64,000 bases of DNA from Massalongia carnosa (taxonomy: Eukaryota). Position 1 is the stretch's first letter; each line of letters begins with the position of its first letter. Below, in pieces: positions 51,448 through 64,000 of this stretch. The stretch spans positions 2,914,001 through 2,978,000 of the forward strand of contig OZ287068.1 in NCBI GenBank assembly GCA_965645245.1, written 5' to 3'. The notes beneath the pieces are model-generated. The model searched no databases, was not told the origin of the DNA, and worked only from the letters and a program-made list of their open reading frames with translations. Made by a program: the position numbers and the translations under genes.

Positions 51448-51719
51448 AAAAAATAATAATATGAACAGTTACATAGGTTCTTGCCTCCGAGCCGAGGCAA
51501 ATTAGATTGTTGGGCTCAACGTAAAATGCGCCAGACTAGAGGCGTAAATCACATGAAAATTTATGCTCATTTGTAAAGTTCAACTGCCGGAGAAAAGGCC
51601 GTTGCATAGCGAAGCTACAAATTAAAGCCCTCTGGTCTGTAAGAAAATACCCCTTCCTTCCTGCCACTCACCCATTGTTACCGCGGCGTTGTTCACAACA
51701 TCACACACTTAAAGACAAC

Positions 51720-53531
51720 ATGGCCTCAGCTTTACGCTTCAGTAACGCAGCTTTGCGTTCCTCTTTAAGAACCATTACGTCTCCCGTGCCTTCAATGGCC
51801 TCCACAGGCCTCCGATGCTACTCATCAACGAAAACACAAGTAAGTGGCTTGATTTCCTGCGGCAACGTGCCCTAGAAGTCGGCTTTACGATCAAGAGCTT
51901 ACTAAGCATACAGACACTGAAAGAGGCGTTCGCCGAAAGGCTTCCTCACGAAATTGAGAAGATAAAGAAGCTTCGAAAGTCAGTGACTCTTTCTTACAAG
52001 AAGACTTAACGGGTCGTCTAATGAAATAGAGTAGGGAATATGGATCAAAGGTTGTTGGAGAGATAACCCTTGACCAAGTGTATGGTGGGGCTAGGGGAAT
52101 AAAATCCCTTGTGTGGGAGGTGTGACTGCTCCAGTTTAAGCATTCGGAATGCAGCTTATGAAGACTAGGGCTCTGTTCTGGATCCGGAAGAAGGTATTCG
52201 GTTTAGAGGCAAGACTGTTAGTATCCTGACACTATTTTAAAGGATGCCGATATGCTGAATGCGAATTTTAAATGCAGATTCCGGAATGCCAGAAACTACT
52301 GCCCAAAGCCCCTGGTGGAGAGGAACCACTTCCCGAAGGTACCTTAACGCTATGAACCTGTCCAGCAGGTATCAGTTTCTGATATCACTAGGTCTGTTCT
52401 GGCTTCTTCTGACTGGCGAGATTCCCAGCGAGCAACAAGTTCGAGATCTTTCGGCAGACTGGGCTGCTCGATCGAACGTCCCGAAATTTGTGGAGGAACT
52501 CATCGACCGATGCCCTCCTGGCCTACATCCGATGGCACAATTCTCTCTTGCAGTCACAGCTCTAGAGCACGAGTCGTCATTTGCCAAGGCGTACGCCAAG
52601 GGCATCTCGAAGAAAGATTACTGGGGATATACTTTTGAAGACTCGATGGACTTGATTGCTAAGCTTCCCACGATTGCTGCAAGAATATACCGGAATGTTT
52701 TTAAGGACGGCAAGGTTCCTGCCGTGCAGAAAGACAAGGACTACGCTTTCAATTTCGCCAACCAGCTAGGTTTCAGCGAAAACAAAGACTTCGTCGAGCT
52801 CATGCGTTTGTACCTCACAATTCACACTGATCACGAGGGTGGGAACGTCAGCGCACATACCGCCCATTTGGTCGGCAGTGCCCTCAGTTCTCCTATGCTG
52901 TCTCTTTCTGCTGCCCTAAACGGCTTGGCGGGGCCTCTACATGGACTGTAAGTTTGTTCCACCATCAAGAGGGTCCTCGCTGACGAACCATTAGAGCAAA
53001 CCAGGAGGTGCTGAATTGGTTACAAAAGATGAAGAAAGCCATTGGTAGTGATCTCAGCGATCAAGCCATTACTGATTACTTATGGTCAACGTTGAAGGCT
53101 GGGCAAGTCGTGCCAGGCTATGGTCATGCTGTTCTACGAAAGACCGACCCTCGTTACGTTTCCCAGCGAAACTTTGCTCTCCGTCACCTACCAGATGATC
53201 CCATGTTCAAGCTTGTCAGCCAGGTCTACAAGATCGCCCCGGGTGTTCTGACCGAACATGGAAAGACGAAGAACCCATATCCTAATGTTGATGCCGTAAG
53301 TTCCTTATCTTCTCCAAACGATCCTAACTAAATCTATTATAGCACTCTGGTGTCCTGTTGCAATATTATGGATTGACGGAATCCACCTTCTACACGGTTC
53401 TCTTTGGGGTTTCGCGCGCTATTGGCGTTTTGCCTCAGCTTATCATAGACCGTGCAGTGGGTGCGCCCATTGAACGACCTAAATCGTTTAGCACGGATGC
53501 ATGGGCCAAGCTTGTTGGGGCGAAGCTGTGA
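51720..53531 (+). CDS. CIT1: Citrate synthase, mitochondrial
   Basis: Arg/Ser-rich presequence. [61 protein letters not shown] and PNVDAHSG motifs. Ends in AKL. Confidence 0.97.
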
Positions 53532-54152
53532 GAAACAGTCATGTCACTCTTAGACAAGCCGCAGGAAGATGCTTGGTTCTAACATTGTCTTATTTCGCAT
53601 TTAGCTTCATGTAAATCTTGGGCAGTGGACTTCTTGTAGGCAGTGCGAATTTGGGTCGCTATAAACTGTTTTGTAAATTGGTCGCTTGCATAGTTCATGA
53701 TAAGAAGTTAAGTTAGTTTGTGACGGATTCTATCTTAACCCAGAGACTCCCAACGTTAAACCAAGGCAAAGCAAAGATTTTTCTGTTGGGTGGGAAAAGA
53801 CAATCTACTCTGTACTCCGTACCCAACCCGGCACTAACTCTTATATCTAGCAACTTATGTAGCTAAACTTAGAGCTTGCTTTAGCCTTCGATATCGTCAA
53901 GGTGTTCCTTCCCTGAAATAAATTTCGAGCCAGTAGATTCTTCATGCTACATGTAGCTTTGTAGTCGACCCTGACGATCTTGTCAAAAGGCTCAACTCAT
54001 CAAATCTATCCAACACGCCCTCTCCAGACCTTTTCGCATCAAATTAGGAACTCAGTTCCCCCTAAACTCATCAAGTCCTGCTGACGGATTCTCGTAAGCA
54101 ACGAAGCACCACTTTCCCTTGGTCAGGGCCGTTGCAGCAGCATAGAAAAACC

Positions 54153-55413
54153 ATGGCTGCTGCTATATCGGGTGGGGTGCCGGCGAAGCTGGAGAAGAAG
54201 CCAGTGAAATTTAGCAATTTACTTCGTGAGGGCAAAGCTCTCCCTGACGATAGCATAGTGTTAACATTATGATTTCAGTGGGTGCTGGGCTTAACATGTT
54301 CGAGTGAGTTTAATCATGCTCGAGAAAAGGTTCTGGATCTTTTCTGACGCGATACTGTTAGGGTCACTACGCTTGGTCAAGTACGTGTACAGCGAGAAAA
54401 CCTTCATATTAGGATCCTCCGCTCATACTCCACTTTAGCCGTTGGAGGTTGTGAAGACAACTATGGCCGCAAACAGAGCGGATAACTTCGCTGGCGCGCT
54501 CAAGAAGATATGGGGCCGAGGTGGCGTGCTGGGCTGTAAGTCTCTTGAGAAGCCTACAAATGCAGCTATCCGAATGCTCACAGCAGTCACTGCTCAGTCT
54601 ACCAAGGACTCATCCCATGGGCGTGGATTGAAGCCTCAACCAAAGGCGCCGTCCTCCTCTTTGTGGCTTCAGAAGCCGAATACTACGCCAAATCCTTTGG
54701 GGCCTCCGATTTCGTAGGAGGTATCTCCGGTGGCATGGCGGGGGGCGTTGCGCAAGCATATGCGACCATGGGTTTCTGCACGTGCATGAAAACGGTCGAG
54801 ATCACAAAGCATAAGATCGCTGCCAAGGGCGTACGGCCCCCTGGAACTTTTGAGACGTTTATGGATATTTACCGCAAGGAGGGTATCCGTGGAATTAACA
54901 AAGGTGTGAATGCGGTTGCTATACGACAGACTACAAACTGGGGCTCGAGATTTGGGCTGTCAAGACTGGCAGAGAGTGGGATCCGGAGGCTTACAGGGAA
55001 GGAGGAGGGCCAGAAGCTAGGATCCTGGGAGAAGATTCTGGCGAGCGGACTGGGCGGTGGATTGAGCGCGTGGAACCAGCCAATTGAAGTTATTCGCGTC
55101 GAGATGCAGAGCAAAGCCGTTGACCCGAATCGGCCAAAGAACCTGACTGTGGGGAAGACATTAAAATACGTTTACGCGAACAACGGGCTCAAGGGCTTGT
55201 ATCGTGGGGTGACGCCACGAATCGGGCTTGGTGTGTGGCAGACCATTTGCATGGTAGCCTTGGGAGATATGTAAGTCTCTCTTTTCTTCCGGCTGATGAG
55301 GGTTTTGTATCTGTTTTACATGGATGGATGAATGCTAACATAACACTCTTTTCGCTAGGGCCAAGGAGGCTGTCGAGAAGTTAACGGGCGATAAAGTGAC
55401 TGCTAAGCATTAA
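54153..55413 (+). CDS. YHM2: Mitochondrial citrate/oxoglutarate carrier Yhm2
   Basis: [68 protein letters not shown] and WNQPIEVIRVEMQS. Small exons 54279-54303 and 54362-54380. Confidence 0.93.
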
Positions 55414-56657
55414 AGCAGGCTTGGGGAAGCGTGAGGTCTTTCAACTCGTATTTCTAGATATGATCGCTTAGCCCTTTGTTTTTGTCTTCCAATAGCGAGT
55501 TCATAAACAAGGGAAGGGATTTCGGCTGCAAGACGATAGGGGTTTCATTGCTGGATTTGGGCATTTACCTATATATCTGTCTGTATTCTTATATTCACCT
55601 AAGCATTTGAGTAAAGGGGCGTTTTTAGTTCTTTTATTAGATAGATAGTGTTTCCTACAGGAGAGTTTTTTTAGTTATTATTCTATTACTGGTTTTATAT
55701 AGGTTAAAGCAATATTTCTGCTGCGATTTTTTATCCTCTCGTCTGATTTTGTGTGTATGTGTGTGTGTTTGGGGAGGTAAGGAGCAAGGGGAGACATTGG
55801 CTACTCATATATACATACCATCCATCCATCCCCTTACCCGTGCATGTCTGGGCTAGGTGCCGAGTGGGCACTGATCTCGTTATCCATTTATTTATTCACC
55901 TACCCAACCCCGACCCTATCTAACCAGATCATCCAGACCAAACCATCCACTTCAGGCGCTGCTGCTTGGCTGGTATCTGTCTTGGGGGTTAGAAAGGTAA
56001 ATTGGCATGTGTGGGCTTTCGTGGTAGGGGTTGGTCTGGTAAGGTGAGATTGGATAGGACGAGCGTCAGTTTAGTGCTAGTGCTAGTGCCAGTTTTGCCT
56101 GCCTACCTGCCTGCCCCCTTTCGAGTCCAAATTTAGTCTCTGAGGGAAAAGGAAAAAGAATCCATCTTATTTTTATTATTCATCCCATCGTTCATCTCGT
56201 TAGTTAAATAATTGGGCTTGAGAAAGAATGAAAAAGAAAGAAACGAAGAACCCTATTCAACTCGATTCGTTGAGCTGGTGTATACGTATATACGTGTGCG
56301 CGTATACTCTGGCTACGAAAACCCGGGAAGAGGGGAGATGGTGGGAGGGAGGTTTGGGGGAGGGAGAGGAAGAGGAGGAAGCAAAAGATGGAGAAGGAGG
56401 AGAAGAGGAGAATGGTTAGATGAAGGGGGGAGCGAAAGGAAAGAAAGGGGGTGGTTTGGGGGAGGAAAGCTAGATAGACGAAGGGAGTAGCAAAGAACAT
56501 AGATACCTATATACAATGTGAAACATTCATGTTTTACTGAAAGAGATAGATAAGCTTAGTCTCGGAAACAAAAACCCACGCCTACCTCCAACCCCTCGTG
56601 TTCTGGAACTCTTCCCCCCCGAAAACGCCCCTCCCAACATCTCCACACGAAACCTAC

Positions 56658-57606
56658 CTATTTTCTCATCTGCACCCTCTCCCTCCTAGCCTCGGAAAAG
56701 TCTAACGCCAAGCCCGAAACCTCCTTCTCGCCCTTCCACTTCGCCAAGCCAAGCAGCCAATCGGTAACGCTGATCACCTTGCTCGCGCGATCCCAACTCC
56801 CCCCCTCCTCCGCATGCTCGATGGTATGCGTCAAGATCCTCCCCTCGGCATCAAACTCGAAGATAAACAGGCCGCAAAACTCCTCGTCGTCTCGGGCATC
56901 CCCACCCAGCCACTCGGTAATCTTGTCTACTTGCTCGCTCGCGCCGGTCCCCCGATACAAGGCGCCCACGCCCTTACTGCGCGTCTTGCCGCACGTCTTC
57001 CACCGCACGAGAAGCTTCTCCGCGCCGGCGGGGCCGTGGGCCTGGACCATACGCTCGCTGAGGATGATGAGCTTGACGTTGCCGACGATGGGGACGCGCC
57101 CCCATGCCATGGGAGCTGTCCAGAGGGCGGCGTGATAGGCGACACGGCCGGAGACAGTGGGGAGGTGCGGGTGCGTGGAGGGGAAGAGGTGAAGCGTAAT
57201 GTGCGGGGAGAGAATTTCTTGGGGGAGTGGTGATGCTAGGAGGGTAGTCAGGCGAGACTGTAGAATTCTAAGAGCTACAAAGAGGCGGAATTCTCTTAGC
57301 AACTGCTATGCTCCGAGGAAAGAGGAGATTTTGCTTACTTTTGCCGAGCTTCAGCGTGCGCCCATCCGGCGCGCGGGGTTTAGTCATGTGACCGCATTCC
57401 TCGGGCGCGCGCCGAGGGGGACTGGAGCTGGTGAACCATATTTCGGGGAAGTCGTCGTGATTTGATTGGATTTGCGCGAGAGAATGCCGGGGGGGGGGAA
57501 AGGTTGTGCGGAGGGAGGCGGGGATTCGTAGTAGCGCGGAGGAGATAGATTTGTTTGTAGTTTGATGGAATTGCCGGAGGAGGGCCGGTAAGATTTTTTT
57601 CCTCAT
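56658..57606 (-). CDS. Conserved fungal mitochondrial protein, MMU163/Mco32-like (one intron)
   Basis: Basic presequence-like N-terminus. RTLKLGK|TLRILQ...LHLFPSTHPHLPTVSGRVAY and FCGLFIFEFDAEGRILTHTIE. Family name is from recall and unverified. Confidence 0.7.
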
Positions 57607-58249
57607 GTGTTTGATGATTAACGGTGAGTATTTGGAGGCATTAGAACTATTGGGTAGGCTCTCTGGCGGGAAGTAAAGTAGTGGATGTGGAAAACCCCAG
57701 AAGCTCCGGATTATGCCATTTGGTTTGACGTATCAATACATCCAAAATTACAAATAGGTATTTAGGTACTCAGAATGCTGTTTCAGCTCCATCGACTGGC
57801 AGGTAGATTATGTATAAAAATAATTGTGTGTGTTGGGTAGGGATGTACCATAAGTTTCCTACGCTATACCTACATATATATCACCAGTCCACAGTCTCTT
57901 CGATACACTGGAAAGAATTGCATAAGATACTATCTTGACTAGCAACCCAATTTAAGAAAGGCCTGATAGAAACGGATGAACCAGAAATGCCACTACGCAG
58001 TCCCCGGCGATAAGCTCTGACAAACGCCAACCAATTTATGAAGCATACATCCACATCGTTGAATGATGACCACATAGGATAACCACCCAGCACCGGCGCG
58101 TTCGATAGGGGAAAGGACAAGTAACACAAGGAGGAGTGAAATGGATAAAGTGTCCCGGTTCGTGTAAGTTGACCTCCATAGACACTCATTACAACCACAA
58201 CTGTCACTCTAATCCATCCGTTTAATGAGCAAGGTATGATTGGGCCGCC

Positions 58250-59176
<927 letters not shown>

Positions 59177-60418
59177 AGTGTTAGCGTTGGGCAAGAGCTT
59201 GAAGATGAAAATTGACGGGAATTGCTCGTTATATAGCTGGCGCAGCGTCGAAGAGGCCTGATCTGCAAATCAGGTTCGGTTCGTGTTGGCAGCACCTATG
59301 CTCTCTGATGGTCCGGGATCTAAAGATGGGTAAAAAGCGGGATAGATGGTCGTTACTTATCTATTCCTGGAGCCCGAGTACTTTTGCTTGTTCGCGGAAT
59401 GAAATGCCACATTGGTATTAAATCTCGCGCTAACCATAGTTTACCGTATAAATAACTACCAGAGAGCGCTAGGGGCGCCAGGGGCGCCAAATGCGGCAAG
59501 AGCTACCTTCTCATGAAATCGTCTCCCGTTCAGAGTAGTCCTGTCATACTTCTGCAACAACGGATCACCAGTGACACAGCAAAGAAGTTCTCAAGTCTGC
59601 CTAAACTCTGCCATGAAAAAACCAGATCAACTCTAGCATCAATACTCTCCAGTGATTTCTCATGTCGAACCTTGTGGATTTAACTTTGCGCTAGGGCAAC
59701 GGACTGACGGTTTATGGTCGTAGCTTTATTCAGCTACGCAGATCAACTTGTACATATCGTCAGTTACGTCGGATATGAGTCATTGATGCGCAAAGAATAT
59801 AGGTTAAAGACCAACATATAAGAATTTAAGTCATCCAGAAACCGCAGTTTTGCACTAGGGACCTTCACGTTAATCTTGTCTATTATCGGGTTAAAAATCC
59901 ATTGGATTTCCGTAATCCTGTTCAAAGATTAGCTCTTTTAGTCACAGTGCAAGGAACTTAGCTTTTACCTTTCATCTCTTGCCGCTCTCCAAAGAGTCTT
60001 CATTATTTCATATAAGGATTCATTGCTCATGCACAAAGCGCTAACATCAAACAATTTCACTATATCAACATCATTGAGGCGCGCAAATTCGAGCAAGTCT
60101 AAATCTTGAGTTGTAACTTTAAAGCGTATAAAGCATCGGCGCTCGTACATAAAATTTTACAACGCGCCCTCGAATCTATCTCCTAACCGTTCCGCACAGG
60201 TCTCCAAAGGGAGAATATCTTCCTTGATTCTAAAGCCACAGTGCTGGTTATTGAATTGGTATTACTATATTTTTGCTGCATACCGAACATCTAATTATTA
60301 TATCGAAATCTCCACTTTTACCAGGCATCGTAGCTGGTAATGCTTACGTCAACGTTTCAGCCTCAAGCTCTCGAAACACTCATTTAAAGTCTTGAGGCTA
60401 AATTCAAATCCATACGTC

Positions 60419-63400
60419 ATGTCAAAATTCGAAGGGAGCAGAAGCGTGGAGGTGAGTGACGAAGATTCGGTCTCAATAACTTCCACGCTTCATAGTGAAC
60501 CACGAGAGGAATACCCAGTTGAAGGAATTATAGCCGAAAGAGAAATTGATGGAACTATAGAATACCTTGTACGATGGGAGGGATATCCTGATGAACGCTG
60601 CACGTGGGAACCGGAATCCAGCTTTCAGACTAGTGACACGTTACTCGACTGGAAAACACAGAAGATGCGTGTCAGTCGAGGGCTTGCTACCCCTTGTGAC
60701 GTCGACACTTTGTTAGACCGAGTTGAAAAATGGATTCTGTCGTCTGCAAATCGCAAATCACGTAGGCGTAGTAAGAGGATCCGATTAGGGCTATCTGAAA
60801 CTCCAATAGAGGCTGAAGCCGACGAAGATGGCCGCAATGACAACTCCCAATCGGAAGCAGAGCAAGAAGTTGTGTCCGAACAATCATTTTCAAGCAGACG
60901 AGATTCAGTTCATAGCCACAAAAGCCCTATCTTAGCAAGCAGCCGAAGAAGCAGTATTCAGGAGGATGGCCAGAATAAATCTAAGAATTCAAATGCTCCT
61001 TCGAAAGAGAGGAGGTGCCAAGCGTGGACTCTAAGAGAAGAGAGTGCTCTTATGGAAGGGCTTGAACAAGTAAACGGTTCACACTTTGACCGGATTCTTG
61101 CCTTATATGGTTCTGCAGGCACAGTCAACCAGCACTTGAAAGCTAGAAATGCACATGATCTAAGGGTTAAAGCGCAAGAGCTTTACAGTGAGTACGTTAA
61201 AAATGGCATGAAAGTACCTCATTACCTGCAATCTGTTGGTGCTGTGTCACAGATGATGACGACTTCAGTGCAAGCCAAAAAGCCTGCCCCTGTCGCGGTG
61301 ATGATTCATCCCCAAAAAGCAGATCAGCCGATCTCTAGTCCATCGAAGTCAAATCCGCATACTTCTCCTACATCTCGAGCTACACTAGCTTTGGATTCTG
61401 TTGCACAAAAGACGCATTTGGACAAGAACATCTCACACAAATTGGGGGCTGTGTCCTCGGAATTGACTCTTGATGCTAAAAGAAAGCATCCGGCGTTGAA
61501 CGAAGAGACTACTTCTCTAAACCCAAATTCTACCATTGCAGTAAATAGACTCAAATCTAGCCTGCACTCGACCAAATCGGGATCAGTTTCAGGTCATTCC
61601 AGCAAGCCCGTTCTAACAACTTCAATTATGGCTCGAAGAATGGGCTCCTCAAAGGGAGCAACTGGACCCAAGCAAGTGCAAATGGGGAGTAGCGGTAGAG
61701 GACCAGCAAGATTAAGCACGTCAAGTCGCAGAATTTCAGCAGTACCTCTTAAGAAAACCACAGTTACTGGTGCAGCGGTTTTAAAAAATTGGAGCAAGGA
61801 TGTGAAGCCAAGAAAACCACTCGCTTTCCAACCCAGCCTCCCGAAAGAAAGCGAGAAAGCACCGGGGAAGTTTGGTAAACTCTCAATTCATAGAAAATAT
61901 GAGAAAGCTGGAAGGAACGAACCGGCTCCAGAGATCGATAAGCTTGTGTTCTTGAATCTTAAAGGCATGGCAAAGAAGCCTCCTCTTGCGTTACCTAGCC
62001 TAGAGATTCCTTCGAAGACCCCTTATCAGGTCATCCAAGAGAGGCTTCTTGAGGATAAAGGTGAACCAATGCTCGTTGATACCCCTGACTCGAACATATC
62101 AGGGCCGATTGAGAAGTCGTCTCCCATGGCCGCGACTGAAGCACATGAGAAGGACAACGTCATAACAGAGCCCGGCGCTGCAATAATACAGTCTACCTTA
62201 CCACAAGTAGCCAATGATCTAGAGATTTTGCCTGAAGCACCAACGCTTGCAGCTCAGGGTTCGAATGGTCGACCCTCAATTTCATTTGAAAATTACAGGA
62301 ACCAAACAGTCCCAACCCCTATAAATGTATTGTCTAATGTAGGTGTAGTAGCGGCCTCTGAGCAGGCACCGGCAAAGGTGGCTTCGCCTGAGAAGTTGCT
62401 ACAGCGTAGAGGTGTATCAGATTTGCAACAGAAACCGCCACCAGCAGGGCTACGGTATCCCTACTCGGGTACAATCCAAAGCTCTGATGGTGTTTTTTTT
62501 GAGGGTGCTCCTAGCTCTGCACCTAAGGTGACTCATATATCTACTTCGAACCTCCCAGCCATCTCCAACAAAGACACGATCTCGTCGATAAATACGGCAT
62601 CAGCTAGCCCGCCAGCCGGGTATGACAACGAGTCGCAACACAACTCCCCCAAGCTAGCTTTGAGCACCTCGCCTTTGTCGCAAACTAGGTTTCCCTTACC
62701 AACACAATCTAGCGGACCCGCCGCTTCGCCCTACCAGGATGGCGAAGTTGACCCCCGAGCCCAGATATCTTCATCTGATAATTTGACTGTGGCTGAACAG
62801 AACCTTGTTACCGTGTATGATAGAAAAGATGTTCTCGGAACAATCATAGTAGGGCCAGACCGCCAAAACTTGGGGGATGTTAAAATTCGAGGGCTCGAAC
62901 CTCAAATTAAAAAACTAATACTTGGTATAAAATCCGGTCCACGCCAGATGTATTTTTGGGTCCAGCATATTTGTACTGCAAAAGACTTTCAAGAGTACTA
63001 CCACAAGGTGAGCAGCTCTAAGAAACCATCGCTTTTGCGCGCAGCGAGCATTGTGCTGAGAACTCCAGCAAATATCACATTATATCGGAGCGGGTTATGT
63101 TCTTCCATTTGCTACATCAGCCTCTAATATTAAAAACATGGCTGAAACGCTTATCTTGCAAGCTTCTGGTGGCGTCTTTAACTCTAGAGAATTTTCCATG
63201 CTGATCTATCCAGTTGAGCCTGGCTTGGAGAGTTGGGAATTCCTTGGCAATGTGCAAGTCCCTGTTATACCAGGAGTAATGCTACGTTTTGTTCTTAGCA
63301 AACCATTACCAACCCCTGAACCTGAAGAGTCAAGGACTGAGCTCGTTAGAAATCGTCTCTCGGTTCGTGATGGTGAAAGCAGTACCAGTCTGGTTTTCCG

Positions 63401-64000
63401 TAGCTTGCTCGGCATCGAGCATGCGCGTCTAATCAGGCAGCCGATATCTGAACCGACAGTCAGCTCAAACAATTTCTTCCTCTTTTTTTCCGAGACTGCG
63501 AAACGCGAGTATCAAATCATCTACAAGTTTCTGGAAGAGCATCAAGCAAATATATATACCTGGCAAACCGAAGGGGCATGGGATTACTTTTGTAACCAAA
63601 TCCCAACGGGGGTAATTCTTGTAAGTATGACGGACGAGTCACGTATCATCGAGAAGCCGTACTGACGAACCCTCAAAGATCGAAGGAGGCTTCTATGATA
63701 TTTACACAATACCCAGACTCCACCTTGTACTTCGAAAGCCCCTAAATATATTTAACATTACTTTTCAAGCCGATCGTCTTGCACCCCATCCTCACATAAA
63801 CCGCTTCTTTCCTCACGGTGGCGCTATCCTTCTTACGGACTCCTTCCTTTTACTCTCCCCTCACGAAGCAGCCCGATTTGTAAACTTTTTCCGCCGGAAT
63901 ATCTTAGCTACCAAGCCGGCCGGAATATGGAAGCTATGCACCCGGCCCGCCATCCGTGACTATCTGCTTACTCTTATAGAGGAGCGTAACGTAGGTGATG
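60419..64000 (+). CDS. Chromodomain protein (Chp1-like as annotated in Pezizomycotina) with internal Myb domain; 3' end beyond the window
   Basis: Chromodomain EYPVEGIIAERE...YLVRWEGYPDERCTWEP. Myb-like segment at 61025-61235. Introns 63008-63068 and 63621-63678. The frame stays open to the window end (RFFPHGGAILLTD...WKLCTRP). Confidence 0.85.

Overview
Eukaryotic genomic DNA from a filamentous ascomycete (Pezizomycotina). Evidence: short GT-AG introns with CTRAC/CTAAT branch sites and fungal-type proteins. A lichen-forming lineage is possible, but this is inference only. The window holds about 18 mostly housekeeping genes: a WD40 protein, FacC/Yat1-type carnitine acetyltransferase, laccase, Hsf1, Cwc27, Rfc3, Arc18/ARPC3, Trm6, a MINDY deubiquitinase, a DCAF4-like protein, Pma1, Nrd1/Seb1, citrate synthase next to the Yhm2 carrier, an MMU163-like mitochondrial protein, Rab11/Ypt31, and a chromodomain protein that runs off the right edge. 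Exon boundaries were read by hand and are approximate. The most notable unannotated signals are: (1) a hairpin-dense ~315-nt element at 36654-36968 (-) with Pol III-like A box, B box and oligo-T, followed by a second B-box unit; (2) a Tbf1/TRF-type Myb domain embedded in the chromodomain protein; (3) a pseudogenised small secreted protein at 7957-8558 that the ORF track misses; (4) a 6-nt micro-exon carrying a laccase copper ligand. No CRISPR array, rRNA or intact transposase was seen.
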